Part shown: piece by piece, positions 38,279-47,584 of the stretch
Numbering within the stretch: the stretch's first letter is position 1
How the letters are laid out: each line of letters opens with the position of its first letter
Assembly: GCA_900545265.1 (NCBI GenBank)
Contig: UQYI01000002.1
Span: 16,472 to 80,471, forward strand
Length of the DNA: 64,000 nucleotides
DNA from: an uncultured Eubacteriales bacterium
Lineage (GTDB): Bacteria; Bacillota; Clostridia; Christensenellales; CAG-138
Reading direction: 5' to 3'
Translations under genes and position numbers: made by a program
Notes under the pieces: model-generated
Database searches by the model: none
Told to the model about the DNA's origin: nothing
The model's input: the letters and a program-made list of their open reading frames with translations, nothing else

Positions 38279-38303
38279 GAAATGCTGAATATGGCAGATC
38301 GTA

Positions 38304-40448
38304 TCAGAGCCGCTGCAGAGGGCCGTCAAAGCGGATCCTCCGCTCCCGCCCGCCTTCTTCAAAGCGCACCCGGCAGCACTGGTTCTCGTGATCCACCTCC
38401 AGTATAACTCCTTCTCCCAATACCGGGTGCTTCACCCGCACTCCGGGTGCATACAGGATCTGTGGGCCCCGGAGTTTTGCTTCCCGGGCCCGGATATGGG
38501 CGCGGGCCTCCCGAAGCAGGCTTTCACCGGGCGTGGTCAGCATTTCCACATGCCGGGGCATATCCATTTCAAACAGAAACCGGGAAGGATAGCGGCACTG
38601 CCCTTCATGGGTGACGCCGGCAGCCTCCGTTAAAGTCAGAGTCTTTCCGGCCCGGGTACAGGCCACATAGCACAGCCGCCGCTCTTCTTCCATGGCCTCC
38701 ACGGTATCGGTCCTGCGGCTGGGAAAGATGCCTTCATTCAGCCCGGCAATATACACATGGTCAAATTCCAACCCCTTTCCGTTATGCACGGTCATGAGCT
38801 TTACCGTTTCCCGGCGCTGTTCCCGGTCCCGGTCGGTATACAGGGCCGCCTGTGCCAGATACTCCGAAAGGGAGCATTCCTCCCCGGCAGAAGCCTCATA
38901 CTCCTCTACCGCCTGCAGCAGCTCCGCCAGATTGTCCAGCCGTTCTCCGTCCCCAGCGGCCTTGAGCATGGCCAGATAGCCGCTTTCTGTCAGCAGCCGG
39001 TGCAGCAGCTCGCTGAGCTTCATGCCCCGGTGGTCCTCATACTTCTTTATAAGGGATACCAGTTCCCCGGCTTTGGAGGATTGGATCAGCGGATGCTCCA
39101 GATTCTGCAAAAGCGCTTCGTATAAGGAACAGCCCTTTTCTGCGGCGCAGGCTTTCAGCAGCTCCATGCGCTTGAACCCCACCCCCCGCCTGGGCTGATT
39201 GACGACCCGGGCAAAGGCTAGGTCATCCCTGTTTTCCAGCATGCGCAGGTAACACAAAGCGTCCTTGATCTCCCGGCGGCCGTAAAACTCCATGCCGCCC
39301 CATATCACATAGGGGATCCCGGCTTTGAACAGAGCATCTTCCAGACTTCTGGATACGTAATGGGCACGGTACAGCACCGCAATGGAAGCGCAGGGCACAC
39401 CCTCCCGGAGCCGGGCGGCAATATCTCCGGCAATAAAGGCCGCCTCCTTCTGGGCATCCTTCCCGTGAAAATACCTGGGTTTGGGGCCTTCGGGGCGGTT
39501 CGTATACAGGTTCCTCTCCAGCCGCATGGCGTTTTTGGCGATAAGCGCATTGGATAGAGCCAGTATCTGCGGCGTGCTGCGATAGTTTTCATTCAGGTAT
39601 ATGGTCTTTGCCTCCGGATACCGTTTGGGAAAGTCCAGAATGTACTGCACATCCGCCCCCCGCCAGGTATAAATGGTCTGATCCGGATCCCCCACTACAA
39701 ACAGATTCCCCCATTTTTGCGAAAGGATATGGGCCAGTTCATACTGCTTTCCGTCTATATCCTGAAATTCGTCCACCAGCACATACTCAAAACGATCCTG
39801 CCATTTTCTGCGCAGGGATTCGTTCCTTTGCAGCAGGGAAACCGCCATATCCACCAGATCTTCAAAATCCAGAGCAAATATCTTTTTCTGTTCATACAGA
39901 TACCTATAGAACATCTGCCGCTTTCGGTCCGGTTCTTCTGCCATGCGCTTCAGCAGGGTCCTGCTTCCCTCCTCCTCCAGCAGGCTCACATACAGCAGAT
40001 CCCACTTCATGTCATCCGTAAGATCTGCCGCCCGCTTCAGGGTCATCTCCCGTATCGTCATGTCCATATCCGCAAAAACAGATTTGAGCAGGCTCTCCTT
40101 ATCCTCGCTGTCCAGCACCATAAAGTTGGAGGGCCAGCCGATGGTATGGATATCCTCCTTCAGGATCTGCAAACCCAGGGAGTGAAAGGTGCAGATATAT
40201 CCTGTATCCTCTTCCCCGATCATGGAGCGTACCCGCTGCTTCATTTCGTTAGCGGCTTTATTGGTAAAGGTCACACAGAGGATGTGCTCCGTAGGGATGC
40301 CCATGGCCTCCGCCAGATAGGCGTAGCGCCTGGTCAAAGCACGGGTCTTGCCCGTACCTGCTCCCGCCGCCACCCGAATATACCCTTCGGTAGTGGTCAC
40401 AGCCTGCTGCTGCGCCTGATTGAGCCCCTGCAAAATATCCATATCCAA
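38304..40448 (-). CDS. UvrD/PcrA-family ATP-dependent DNA helicase
   Basis: Walker A AGAGTGKT, motif II VDEFQD, helicase motifs III-VI, and a C-terminal Tudor-like tail (VKHPVLGEGVILEV). Confidence 0.9.
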   Translation of the reverse strand: MDMDILQGLNQAQQQAVTTTEGYIRVAAGAGTGKTRALTRRYAYLAEAMGIPTEHILCVTFTNKAANEMKQRVRSMIGEEDTGYICTFHSLGLQILKEDIHTIGWPSNFMVLDSEDKESLLKSVFADMDMTIREMTLKRAADLTDDMKWDLLYVSLLEEEGSRTLLKRMAEEPDRKRQMFYRYLYEQKKIFALDFEDLVDMAVSLLQRNESLRRKWQDRFEYVLVDEFQDIDGKQYELAHILSQKWGNLFVVGDPDQTIYTWRGADVQYILDFPKRYPEAKTIYLNENYRSTPQILALSNALIAKNAMRLERNLYTNRPEGPKPRYFHGKDAQKEAAFIAGDIAARLREGVPCASIAVLYRAHYVSRSLEDALFKAGIPYVIWGGMEFYGRREIKDALCYLRMLENRDDLAFARVVNQPRRGVGFKRMELLKACAAEKGCSLYEALLQNLEHPLIQSSKAGELVSLIKKYEDHRGMKLSELLHRLLTESGYLAMLKAAGDGERLDNLAELLQAVEEYEASAGEECSLSEYLAQAALYTDRDREQRRETVKLMTVHNGKGLEFDHVYIAGLNEGIFPSRRTDTVEAMEEERRLCYVACTRAGKTLTLTEAAGVTHEGQCRYPSRFLFEMDMPRHVEMLTTPGESLLREARAHIRAREAKLRGPQILYAPGVRVKHPVLGEGVILEVDHENQCCRVRFEEGGRERRIRFDGPLQRL

Positions 40449-40527
40449 ACCTCGAAAAAGTAAAAAGGTACCCTGTTTATAAAGGGTACCCCCAGTATAC
40501 TATGGAACCGGATGAAAGAACAGCCCC

Positions 40528-42060
40528 TTAAAACCGGCCGTAAATAAAATCCGCCGCCCGGTAGCCGCTGCCATAGACCCCAAAGGTCAGCGTCAGCACC
40601 AGCAGCAGGGCAATCAGCGCCCATACTGCCCCCTGGCTTTTGGGCATAAGGTGCTTTCCCTGCTTTTTGCGGATATCCAGCCATACCACCGGGCACAGAC
40701 CCAGCAGCACTGCCGCCCAGTCAAACCCCGTCATGGAAAGCGTGGGCCACAACGCCCCCAAAGCGGCAAAGTCCGGCCGGAAAAACAGGCTCAGAAAGGC
40801 CTCCGCCGCCGGGCCTGGAGCCGTAAAGCAGTCCCACAGGCGAATGCAGCACAGCAGCAAAAAAGTGCGCCCTATGCGAAAGATCTCCCAGCCCCGGTTT
40901 TTTTCCAGCGCCGGGAACCGACTGTGAAAACGGGCAAAGGCAGGCTCCAGCTCCTGAGAAAGGATCAGCAGCAGGCCGTTGGTCAGCCCCCACAGGGGGA
41001 AGTTCCACCCGGCCCCGTGCCAAAGTCCCGTAGCCAGCCACGTCGCCAGAATGGCTCCATACATGGGCACACGGGTAAAAAAGCCCGCTTTAAAGCGGCG
41101 GCGCAGAGCGGTATTCAGCCGGAGCATGGGCTTGCACACACTCAGGGGATAAAAGATATAGTCCCGGAACCAGCTGCCCATGGAGATATGCCAACGGGTC
41201 CAATACTCCGCCAGACTGCCGGACAGATAGGGGGCGTCGAAGTTTTCCATGGGCAAAACGCCAAACATTCCCGCCGTCCCCAGGGCAATATCCATGCCGC
41301 CGGTAAAGTCGCACAAAAGCCGGATGGCATAAAGCCCCATTCCCAAAGCCGTCGCGGAACCGGCAGCGGGCGTCACGGCAAAGCAGGCGGTTACGGCGGC
41401 GGAAAGCCTGTCGGCAATGACCATCTTTTTAAAGTAGCCCCACAGCGCCCGCAGTAATCCCCTGCCTACGGCTCCGCCCCGCAGATCTCCTCCGGCAAAA
41501 AGCGTTTTTTCCAGCCCGTCAAAGCGGCTGATAGGCCCCTGTACCAGCTGGGGGAAAAAGCCTACAAACAGCGCAAAGCGGAAAAACCGCTTCTCTGGCG
41601 GATACTTTCCTCTATATACGTCTATAAGATACCCCAGAGCCTGAAACATATAGAAGGACAATCCCAGCGGCAGCAGTTCCCCCGGGGAAAGAGCTTCGAA
41701 CAGACCCAGATATTTGCAGCCCCCCAGCAGCCCCAGATTCAGAAGCAGCGCCAGCAGGAATACCCCCCGCTTTTTTCTGCCGAAGGCGGTTTTAAGGGCT
41801 TTCTTTTCCCCTTTGGTATAATCCGGATGGGCGGCCAGCAGCCCTTTTCGCTTTTCTTCCAGCGCCCTGATCCCCCGGGCTCCCAGGTATACGCTGCCCG
41901 TCACAAAGGCCAGAAAGGGCACATACCGCAGCCCGCACAGGGCATAAAAGCCCCAGCTGCCCACCAGCAGCGCCCACCAGCGGCGTTCCCGGGGCAGCAG
42001 ATAATAAACGAGCAGCAATCCCCCCACCAGAAGGGGGAAGCCGTAGGAAACGAACCCCAC
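40528..42060 (-). CDS. MBOAT-family membrane O-acyltransferase (DltB/AlgI-like)
   Basis: 510 aa, polytopic. Conserved MBOAT His region ([20 protein letters not shown]) and FLxSGxWHGxxW-like [10 protein letters not shown]. Confidence 0.88.
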   Translation of the reverse strand: [510 protein letters not shown]

Positions 42061-42294
42061 TTATTCCTCCGCTCTGCGCTTTATCAGGGCATACAGGGCC
42101 CGGGCGGAGTTAAAGTTCTCCGGCACAATGTCCACGGCCCCGATCTCCACGTCAAACTCGTCATCCAGCGCACCGATAAGGGCTACGATATCAAAGGAAG
42201 TAAGGATCTTCCGGTCGATGAGTCCCTCCTCCTTTTCAAAATCCACCCCGGGCCGAAGCCCCTGCAAAAGCGACAGCAGCTGGGCATATTCCAT
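42061..42294 (-). CDS. Acyl/D-alanyl carrier protein-like (77 aa)
   Basis: Internal ATG with a GGAGG RBS. DRKILTSFDIVALIGALDDEF carries the candidate phosphopantetheine Ser. Sits between the adenylating enzyme and the MBOAT. Confidence 0.7.
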   Translation of the reverse strand: MEYAQLLSLLQGLRPGVDFEKEEGLIDRKILTSFDIVALIGALDDEFDVEIGAVDIVPENFNSARALYALIKRRAEE

Positions 42295-42325
42295 ATGACT
42301 TTCCTCCGATACAAAAAAGTGAGTT

Positions 42326-43813
42326 TCAGTTCCGTTCCCCATACAGTTCCCCCAAACGGCGGCGGTCGGCCTTGCCATTGGGTGTAAGGGGCATTTCCGC
42401 AAGGGGGATCAGGGTGTTTGGCAGCATATACCCGGGCAGGATCCCGGCCAGTGCTTCCATCAGGGCAGGCCCCTGCCTGTCTCCGGTATACGCAAGGCAG
42501 ATGCGCCCCGTTCTTTCGGCATACAGGCACACGCACTGGTCCACCCCCGGCAAAGCCCCGGCAGCAGCCTCTATCTCTCCCAACTCGATGCGGTGCCCCA
42601 TATGCTTGATCTGCTGGTCCTTGCGCCCCAGAAAAACAAGATCTCCCCGTTCATCATACCGGGCCAGATCCCCCGTCCGATAGACCCGCTCCGGATAGCT
42701 GTGCTGCAGGGGATTTTGCACAAAGGCGGCGGCGGTGCGCTCCGGGTCATTATAATACCCCAGCGTTACGCAGGTGCCGGCAATGTATATCTCCCCTTCC
42801 CGGCTTTCCCGGCCGGTCTCATCCAGCAGAAACACCCGGGTATTGGCAAAGGGTCTGCCTATGGGGACGGGCCCCTGTTCTGCGCCTGTAACGGGATAAA
42901 AACAGCTCATGCCCGTGCATTCCGTAGGGCCGTACAGATTGAAGAACCTGGCCCCTGGGCAGGCCTCCCGCCAGCGGCCCAGCTGCCTGGGCGGAAAGAC
43001 CTCGCTGCCAAAGCAGACCAGCTTCAGGTACCGGGGCCGCACCGCCTTGAAGGTACCCAGAGAGGATACCAGGCTCAGGGCCGAAGCCACCCAGCAAAGG
43101 GTATTGACCCGGTGCTCGTTCAAAAACTCCACCAGTTTCACCGGCTGCACAAACAGTGCCCGGGGGATCAGCACCACCGTAGCCCCCAGCACCAGCGCAC
43201 TTAGAAACTCCTTCAGAAAAGCGTCAAAATACAGGGGAGACTGGCAGCCCAGCACGGCGTCTTCCCCCATGCCCACGGCGGGCAGAAAGTGCTCGGCATA
43301 GTCGATCACCGAGCGATGGCAGGCGCATACCCCCTTTGGCACCCCGGTGGAACCGGAGGTGAAAACGATATAGGCCGGATCCGTATCCAGCCGCTCCACA
43401 GAAAAATCCCGTAAAGCCGGCCCCCGGGAGACCTCCTCCCACAGCAGGATCTCTCCGGAAGAAAACAACTCCCGTGCCAGAGCTTCGTTGGCCCTGTCGC
43501 ACACCAGACAGACGGGCGCCGCCGTTTGCAGGATCTGCAGCAGCCGCTGCCGGGGCATCTCTCTGTCCAGAGGCACATAAAACCCGCCCCCTTCCCATAC
43601 ACCCAGAAAGGCGGCGGGCTGAGCGGGGGTTCTGTCCATAAGGATGCCTACGGGCTTTCCCGCACATCCCAGTTGAAACAGCTTCCGCCCCAAAGCCAGG
43701 GCACAGGCTTCACACCGGGCAAAGGTCAGCGCCTGTTCCCCATCGGTAAAGGCAGTTTTTTCCGGCACCCGGGCGGCGGCGGCATGAAAATATTCCAGCA
43801 GATGCGTGACCAC
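42326..43813 (-). CDS. Adenylation-domain (AMP-binding) enzyme, DltA-like
   Basis: A3 motif FTSGSTGVPKG, A8 GRKDQQIKHMGHRIELGEIE, A10 PLTPNGKADRR. ~495 aa stand-alone A domain. Confidence 0.85.
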   Translation of the reverse strand: MVTHLLEYFHAAAARVPEKTAFTDGEQALTFARCEACALALGRKLFQLGCAGKPVGILMDRTPAQPAAFLGVWEGGGFYVPLDREMPRQRLLQILQTAAPVCLVCDRANEALARELFSSGEILLWEEVSRGPALRDFSVERLDTDPAYIVFTSGSTGVPKGVCACHRSVIDYAEHFLPAVGMGEDAVLGCQSPLYFDAFLKEFLSALVLGATVVLIPRALFVQPVKLVEFLNEHRVNTLCWVASALSLVSSLGTFKAVRPRYLKLVCFGSEVFPPRQLGRWREACPGARFFNLYGPTECTGMSCFYPVTGAEQGPVPIGRPFANTRVFLLDETGRESREGEIYIAGTCVTLGYYNDPERTAAAFVQNPLQHSYPERVYRTGDLARYDERGDLVFLGRKDQQIKHMGHRIELGEIEAAAGALPGVDQCVCLYAERTGRICLAYTGDRQGPALMEALAGILPGYMLPNTLIPLAEMPLTPNGKADRRRLGELYGERN

Positions 43814-43816
43814 GAA

Positions 43817-44431
43817 TCAATCCTCCCCGGCCGTTTCTTCCGCCGGGCGAAACACCATGGCGGTAATGCGCCCTTCCGTCAGCTGGATCTGCACCCGGCT
43901 GCGGCTGCCTGCAAATTCATAGTAACTTTGCCCCGGTTCTCCGCCCAGCACCTGTCTAAGGAGCTGCTCCCCGTCTCCGATGCCCAATGCGCCCCCGGAG
44001 AACTCCGCCTTTATGGTATCGTCCACCAGCGTAATGGCCGTGATGCGTTTAGCGCCCTCCAGTTCGTTGACCGTCAGTTCAAAGCCCGGATAGTAATAGT
44101 AATAGTCCTTGCCCTGATAGGCGCAGCTGTCTGCCTCAAAGGTGCTCAGCAGTCCGGTGAGCCTTTCCATCACCTCATCCGCTTCCTCCAGGGGCACTAT
44201 GGCAATGCTGCCGCTGCGGAAGATATACTCCTCCTCCTGCTCTTCTTCCGGTTCGGGAGCTTCCTTCTCTCCGGGCAGAACCTGTTCCGGCTTTTCCCCT
44301 TCTCCGCTTTGAGCCGTCTCACCGGCGGCAGCCTTGGGATCCACATATACCGTCCCCTGTCTGGCCCCGGAAGCGCAGGCACACAGCAGGCCCATCAGCA
44401 GAATCAGTCCCATAAAAAAGCTTTTTTTCAT
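43817..44431 (-). CDS. Hypothetical lipoprotein
   Basis: MKKSFFMGLILLMGLLCAC lipobox, an acidic linker, and a ~130-aa globular domain of unknown family. Confidence 0.6.
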   Translation of the reverse strand: MKKSFFMGLILLMGLLCACASGARQGTVYVDPKAAAGETAQSGEGEKPEQVLPGEKEAPEPEEEQEEEYIFRSGSIAIVPLEEADEVMERLTGLLSTFEADSCAYQGKDYYYYYPGFELTVNELEGAKRITAITLVDDTIKAEFSGGALGIGDGEQLLRQVLGGEPGQSYYEFAGSRSRVQIQLTEGRITAMVFRPAEETAGED

Positions 44432-44434
44432 GCT

Positions 44435-45508
44435 TTATTCCTCCATATCTGCCTTTCGGCTCTTCAAATACCCAAAGGCGGCTATCTCTTCCAGCTGCGC
44501 CTGCTTTTCCTTCTCATAGGCCGCCAGCTTTTCTGCATACAGAGCGGCGGTATCCGGAACCTGCCGCTCGTCCTCCAGTCTCAACGGGGTCAGAAAGGTC
44601 TGTGCAAACCAGCGGGTATATTTTTCTGCCCCGTATACGTTCAGATGGATGCCCCCGTCATAGGTATCCGTACTCAGGTCGATGCCCATTTCCTCCATAT
44701 ATTGGATCCCGTTTACATAGACAACTCCCTTTTCCCGGGCATATGCTTCCAGCGCTTCATCCCACTGGCTGTACCAGGCGGGATACAGGCAGGGGGATTT
44801 CACAAGGATCAGCTCTATCCCCTTCTCCCGGCAAAGGCTGACGATCCCGTCCAGCTCTCCATAGCTCCGGGAGCTGAAGGCATAGTCCTCCAGCGGCGGC
44901 GCTGCCGGAAGCCGGGTATAGGGCACCGTATCGCAGCGCATAAGATAGCCGTTGTGGCTGAGGACCGGAGTTTTAAAAAGATACTTCCAGTCCTCTGCGG
45001 TAAGAGCGCTGATGCGGGTATGGTACCGGAGCAGAGGAAGGACATAGGTAACAGGGCTTTCCCCTTCCCCCAGAGAAGCGACCACGGCTTTCCATTTATA
45101 GAGCGAAGGGCGCATATAGTCCAGAGTCATGCGGTTGTAGCTTTCACTCTGAGATTCTCCGTAGCGCAGGGAACAGACGGAAAGCACCACCACCCGAGGC
45201 GTTTCATACGCAAGGGTCTCCTCCAGAATATACCGGCTCTGCCACATGAGCTGCTGCGCCGTCCCCCGGATAAAGGATGTATAGCCATACTCTGCAAACA
45301 GGGTGGGAGGCGTAAAGCTTTCATAGACCTCGCAGTCCCCGATGAACAGCACCTGATGCCCGCCTGTCTCTTCATAATAATCGTCGATAAGGCCGCCTTC
45401 CAGAATGCCCTCCGTATACTTGGGCCGGGTCAGCCGCCCCAACAGAAACAAACATACCCCCGCCGCCGCCAGCGCCAGCAGCGGCCGAAGCCAGAAACGC
45501 ATCTTCAT
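44435..45508 (-). CDS. Membrane-anchored SGNH-like protein (DltD-analogous position)
   Basis: N-terminal TM. Block-I-like VLFIGDCEVYE (Cys where Ser is expected) and block-V-like YDGGIHLN. Operon context with MBOAT, carrier and ligase. Confidence 0.55.
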   Translation of the reverse strand: MKMRFWLRPLLALAAAGVCLFLLGRLTRPKYTEGILEGGLIDDYYEETGGHQVLFIGDCEVYESFTPPTLFAEYGYTSFIRGTAQQLMWQSRYILEETLAYETPRVVVLSVCSLRYGESQSESYNRMTLDYMRPSLYKWKAVVASLGEGESPVTYVLPLLRYHTRISALTAEDWKYLFKTPVLSHNGYLMRCDTVPYTRLPAAPPLEDYAFSSRSYGELDGIVSLCREKGIELILVKSPCLYPAWYSQWDEALEAYAREKGVVYVNGIQYMEEMGIDLSTDTYDGGIHLNVYGAEKYTRWFAQTFLTPLRLEDERQVPDTAALYAEKLAAYEKEKQAQLEEIAAFGYLKSRKADMEE

Positions 45509-45511
45509 CCC

Positions 45512-47554
45512 TCAACCCTCCATGGAAAAAGGCGTCTCCGGCGTGGCCGGGTACAGGCTCTGGTCAAAGCTCCAGAAGTTCCGGCTGCGCTTTAAGACTT
45601 CGTTCGTGGTGCGCATAAAACATTCAAAGCCCTTTGGGCCCACATTGATCGCATCAAAATGATAGTACCCCGTCCCCAAATCCACCAGCAGCCACCAGTG
45701 GCGGGTATTCTTTTTGCCCCCGAAACGGGTCACTACCCGTACCTGAGCCCCGGCCTTTTCCAGCAGTGCACGGGCTACGGAGCAGAAGGTGAAGCAATCC
45801 CCCCTGCCGGTGGTGATCCCCCGCCAGGCTTCGTACTTCCAGTCCTTCTTGTCGGAAGAAGCCTTGTAGCGGATGTTCTGGTTGGCATACTGGAAAATAG
45901 CCCATCCTTTTTCCTTCAGGCTCATATCCGGCGTGATGATGGCATCATAGCAGGCATTCAGCGCCGCTTCAAACTCCGCCTCGCTGACTCTTGCTTCCAC
46001 CAGCGTGATCCTGCAGCGCGCCTGGGTCACATTGCCCGCCTCATCCCGGGCGGTATATACCACCGGATACGTCCCCGCCCGGTAAATATCCACGGCGCTG
46101 ACATCTACGGAGACGGGAATCTCTCCATCGCAGTTGTCTTCGGCCCGAACCTCCGCCAAGTAACGCACGGCCTCCCCCACATACCCGTTCAGATCCCGCA
46201 CATACAGGATCCGGGGCGGCTGATCGTCTGTCCGCAGGGAAAGCGTAAAGGCCGACCGGGTCACGTTCCCGGCGCCGTCGGTGCACAGAATGACCGCCTG
46301 CTGGGGGCCGGCCAGACTCCAGTCCGGCTCCCGTTCAAAGGCACAGGTATACCCCGTGGCATCCCTGCCGGAAACGATAAAGCTTTCGGCCGGCCGGGGG
46401 AAGTTCAGATAGCCTTCCGCCTGCTCCGGCACGGCGATCTCCGGGGGCCGGGTATCCACCACGCTGAGCAGCAGGGGGCACGGTTCCCCCTCATAGCGCA
46501 CGTTCAGCACATAAGCCCCCAGCCGGTCCAAAGTCAGCCGGTCGATCAGCTCTATGCCCTCTCCCAGCGCCCCGGCCTCCAGAGGCTCTCCGGTAGCTTC
46601 CGTCTCCACGGGGGCCAGAGGGGAAATAAACAGCTCCGCAAAAACTTCGGTTTCGTTCTGCCCTTCGTCCCGGACCAGCACCGTCACCTTCTGATACCCG
46701 CTTTTGCTCCAGTCCGGCTCTGCCGCAAAGGAAAAACTTACGTCCGTTTCGTCGGTACAGGTGTCGATGAATGCTTCCGCTCCAGCCGTTTCTCCGGGAC
46801 GCACATACACCAGCTTTCCCCGGGCCCGGGGGGCGTCGGTATCCTGCACATATAAATAAGAAGTATACTTCTCCCCCTCCACCTCCAGTTCCACGGGCTG
46901 CACCCCCGCATGGGCGGTGGAAAGGGTATCCATATCCGTAAGGAAACGGCCCTGCGCCGTATCATTGGGCAAAAAAGCTTCTATTCCCGGCAAAGGGGCG
47001 CCTGCTTCTACCGTGATCTGCGGCTGTACTGCCAGAATGTGTATACAGGCTGTTACGCCCGCACTGTTGCCGGAAAGATCTTCCAATCGGATCCTTGCCT
47101 CATAGGTTCCTTCTTTATGAAAAACCGGGGCCGTTTCAAAAGACACGCCCACCAGCTGTTCATCCTCCAGACCCTCGATGCACTGATCCGCCGTCAATTC
47201 CTCATCTATGCCTATAGTCAGGGTCCTGCCCTCTGCCCGGGGAGACGTGGTATCTTTTACGGAAAGCAGGCTCAGGCGGCGGCTGCCCTCATGCTCCACC
47301 AGCACCAGCCGCAGCCCCGGCCGGGTCCAGTCCTCACCCAAAGTGCCCCCTGCAAAGGCCGCTTCCCCTTCCTGCCAGAGAAATTCGGAAGCCTCCGGCC
47401 CATGGCCGCACAGCTCCCAGGAAAGATACGGGCGCACATCCTTATATAAAAGCAAAAACAGCCCCGCCAGTACGGCCAGAAACGTAAGGCCTTCCCCTAA
47501 AAGAAGAAGCCTGTCCCGCACGGTCAAAGGCCTGGGCTGCTGTGTCTGTTCCAA
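45512..47554 (-). CDS. Membrane-anchored multi-domain protein with C-terminal transglutaminase-like cysteine protease core
   Basis: TTG start with a GGAGG RBS and an N-terminal TM. Several Ig-like/DUF5011-like segments. C-terminal GRGDCFTFCSVARALL (Cys), HWWLLV (His), YYHFD (Asp). Confidence 0.7.
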   Translation of the reverse strand: MEQTQQPRPLTVRDRLLLLGEGLTFLAVLAGLFLLLYKDVRPYLSWELCGHGPEASEFLWQEGEAAFAGGTLGEDWTRPGLRLVLVEHEGSRRLSLLSVKDTTSPRAEGRTLTIGIDEELTADQCIEGLEDEQLVGVSFETAPVFHKEGTYEARIRLEDLSGNSAGVTACIHILAVQPQITVEAGAPLPGIEAFLPNDTAQGRFLTDMDTLSTAHAGVQPVELEVEGEKYTSYLYVQDTDAPRARGKLVYVRPGETAGAEAFIDTCTDETDVSFSFAAEPDWSKSGYQKVTVLVRDEGQNETEVFAELFISPLAPVETEATGEPLEAGALGEGIELIDRLTLDRLGAYVLNVRYEGEPCPLLLSVVDTRPPEIAVPEQAEGYLNFPRPAESFIVSGRDATGYTCAFEREPDWSLAGPQQAVILCTDGAGNVTRSAFTLSLRTDDQPPRILYVRDLNGYVGEAVRYLAEVRAEDNCDGEIPVSVDVSAVDIYRAGTYPVVYTARDEAGNVTQARCRITLVEARVSEAEFEAALNACYDAIITPDMSLKEKGWAIFQYANQNIRYKASSDKKDWKYEAWRGITTGRGDCFTFCSVARALLEKAGAQVRVVTRFGGKKNTRHWWLLVDLGTGYYHFDAINVGPKGFECFMRTTNEVLKRSRNFWSFDQSLYPATPETPFSMEG

Positions 47555-47584
47555 AGGTACATCCTCCCGTGATTTTACTTGAAT

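Noticed and set aside
38080-38391. ORFs crossing the three repeats (also 49000-49314 and 59580-60212) that share the peptide GAHVPAA..ELCGG
   Set aside because: The shared peptide is a by-product of the nucleotide repeat. The reading frames diverge immediately outside the core and between copies, there is no RBS, and the substitutions preserve base-pairing rather than codons.
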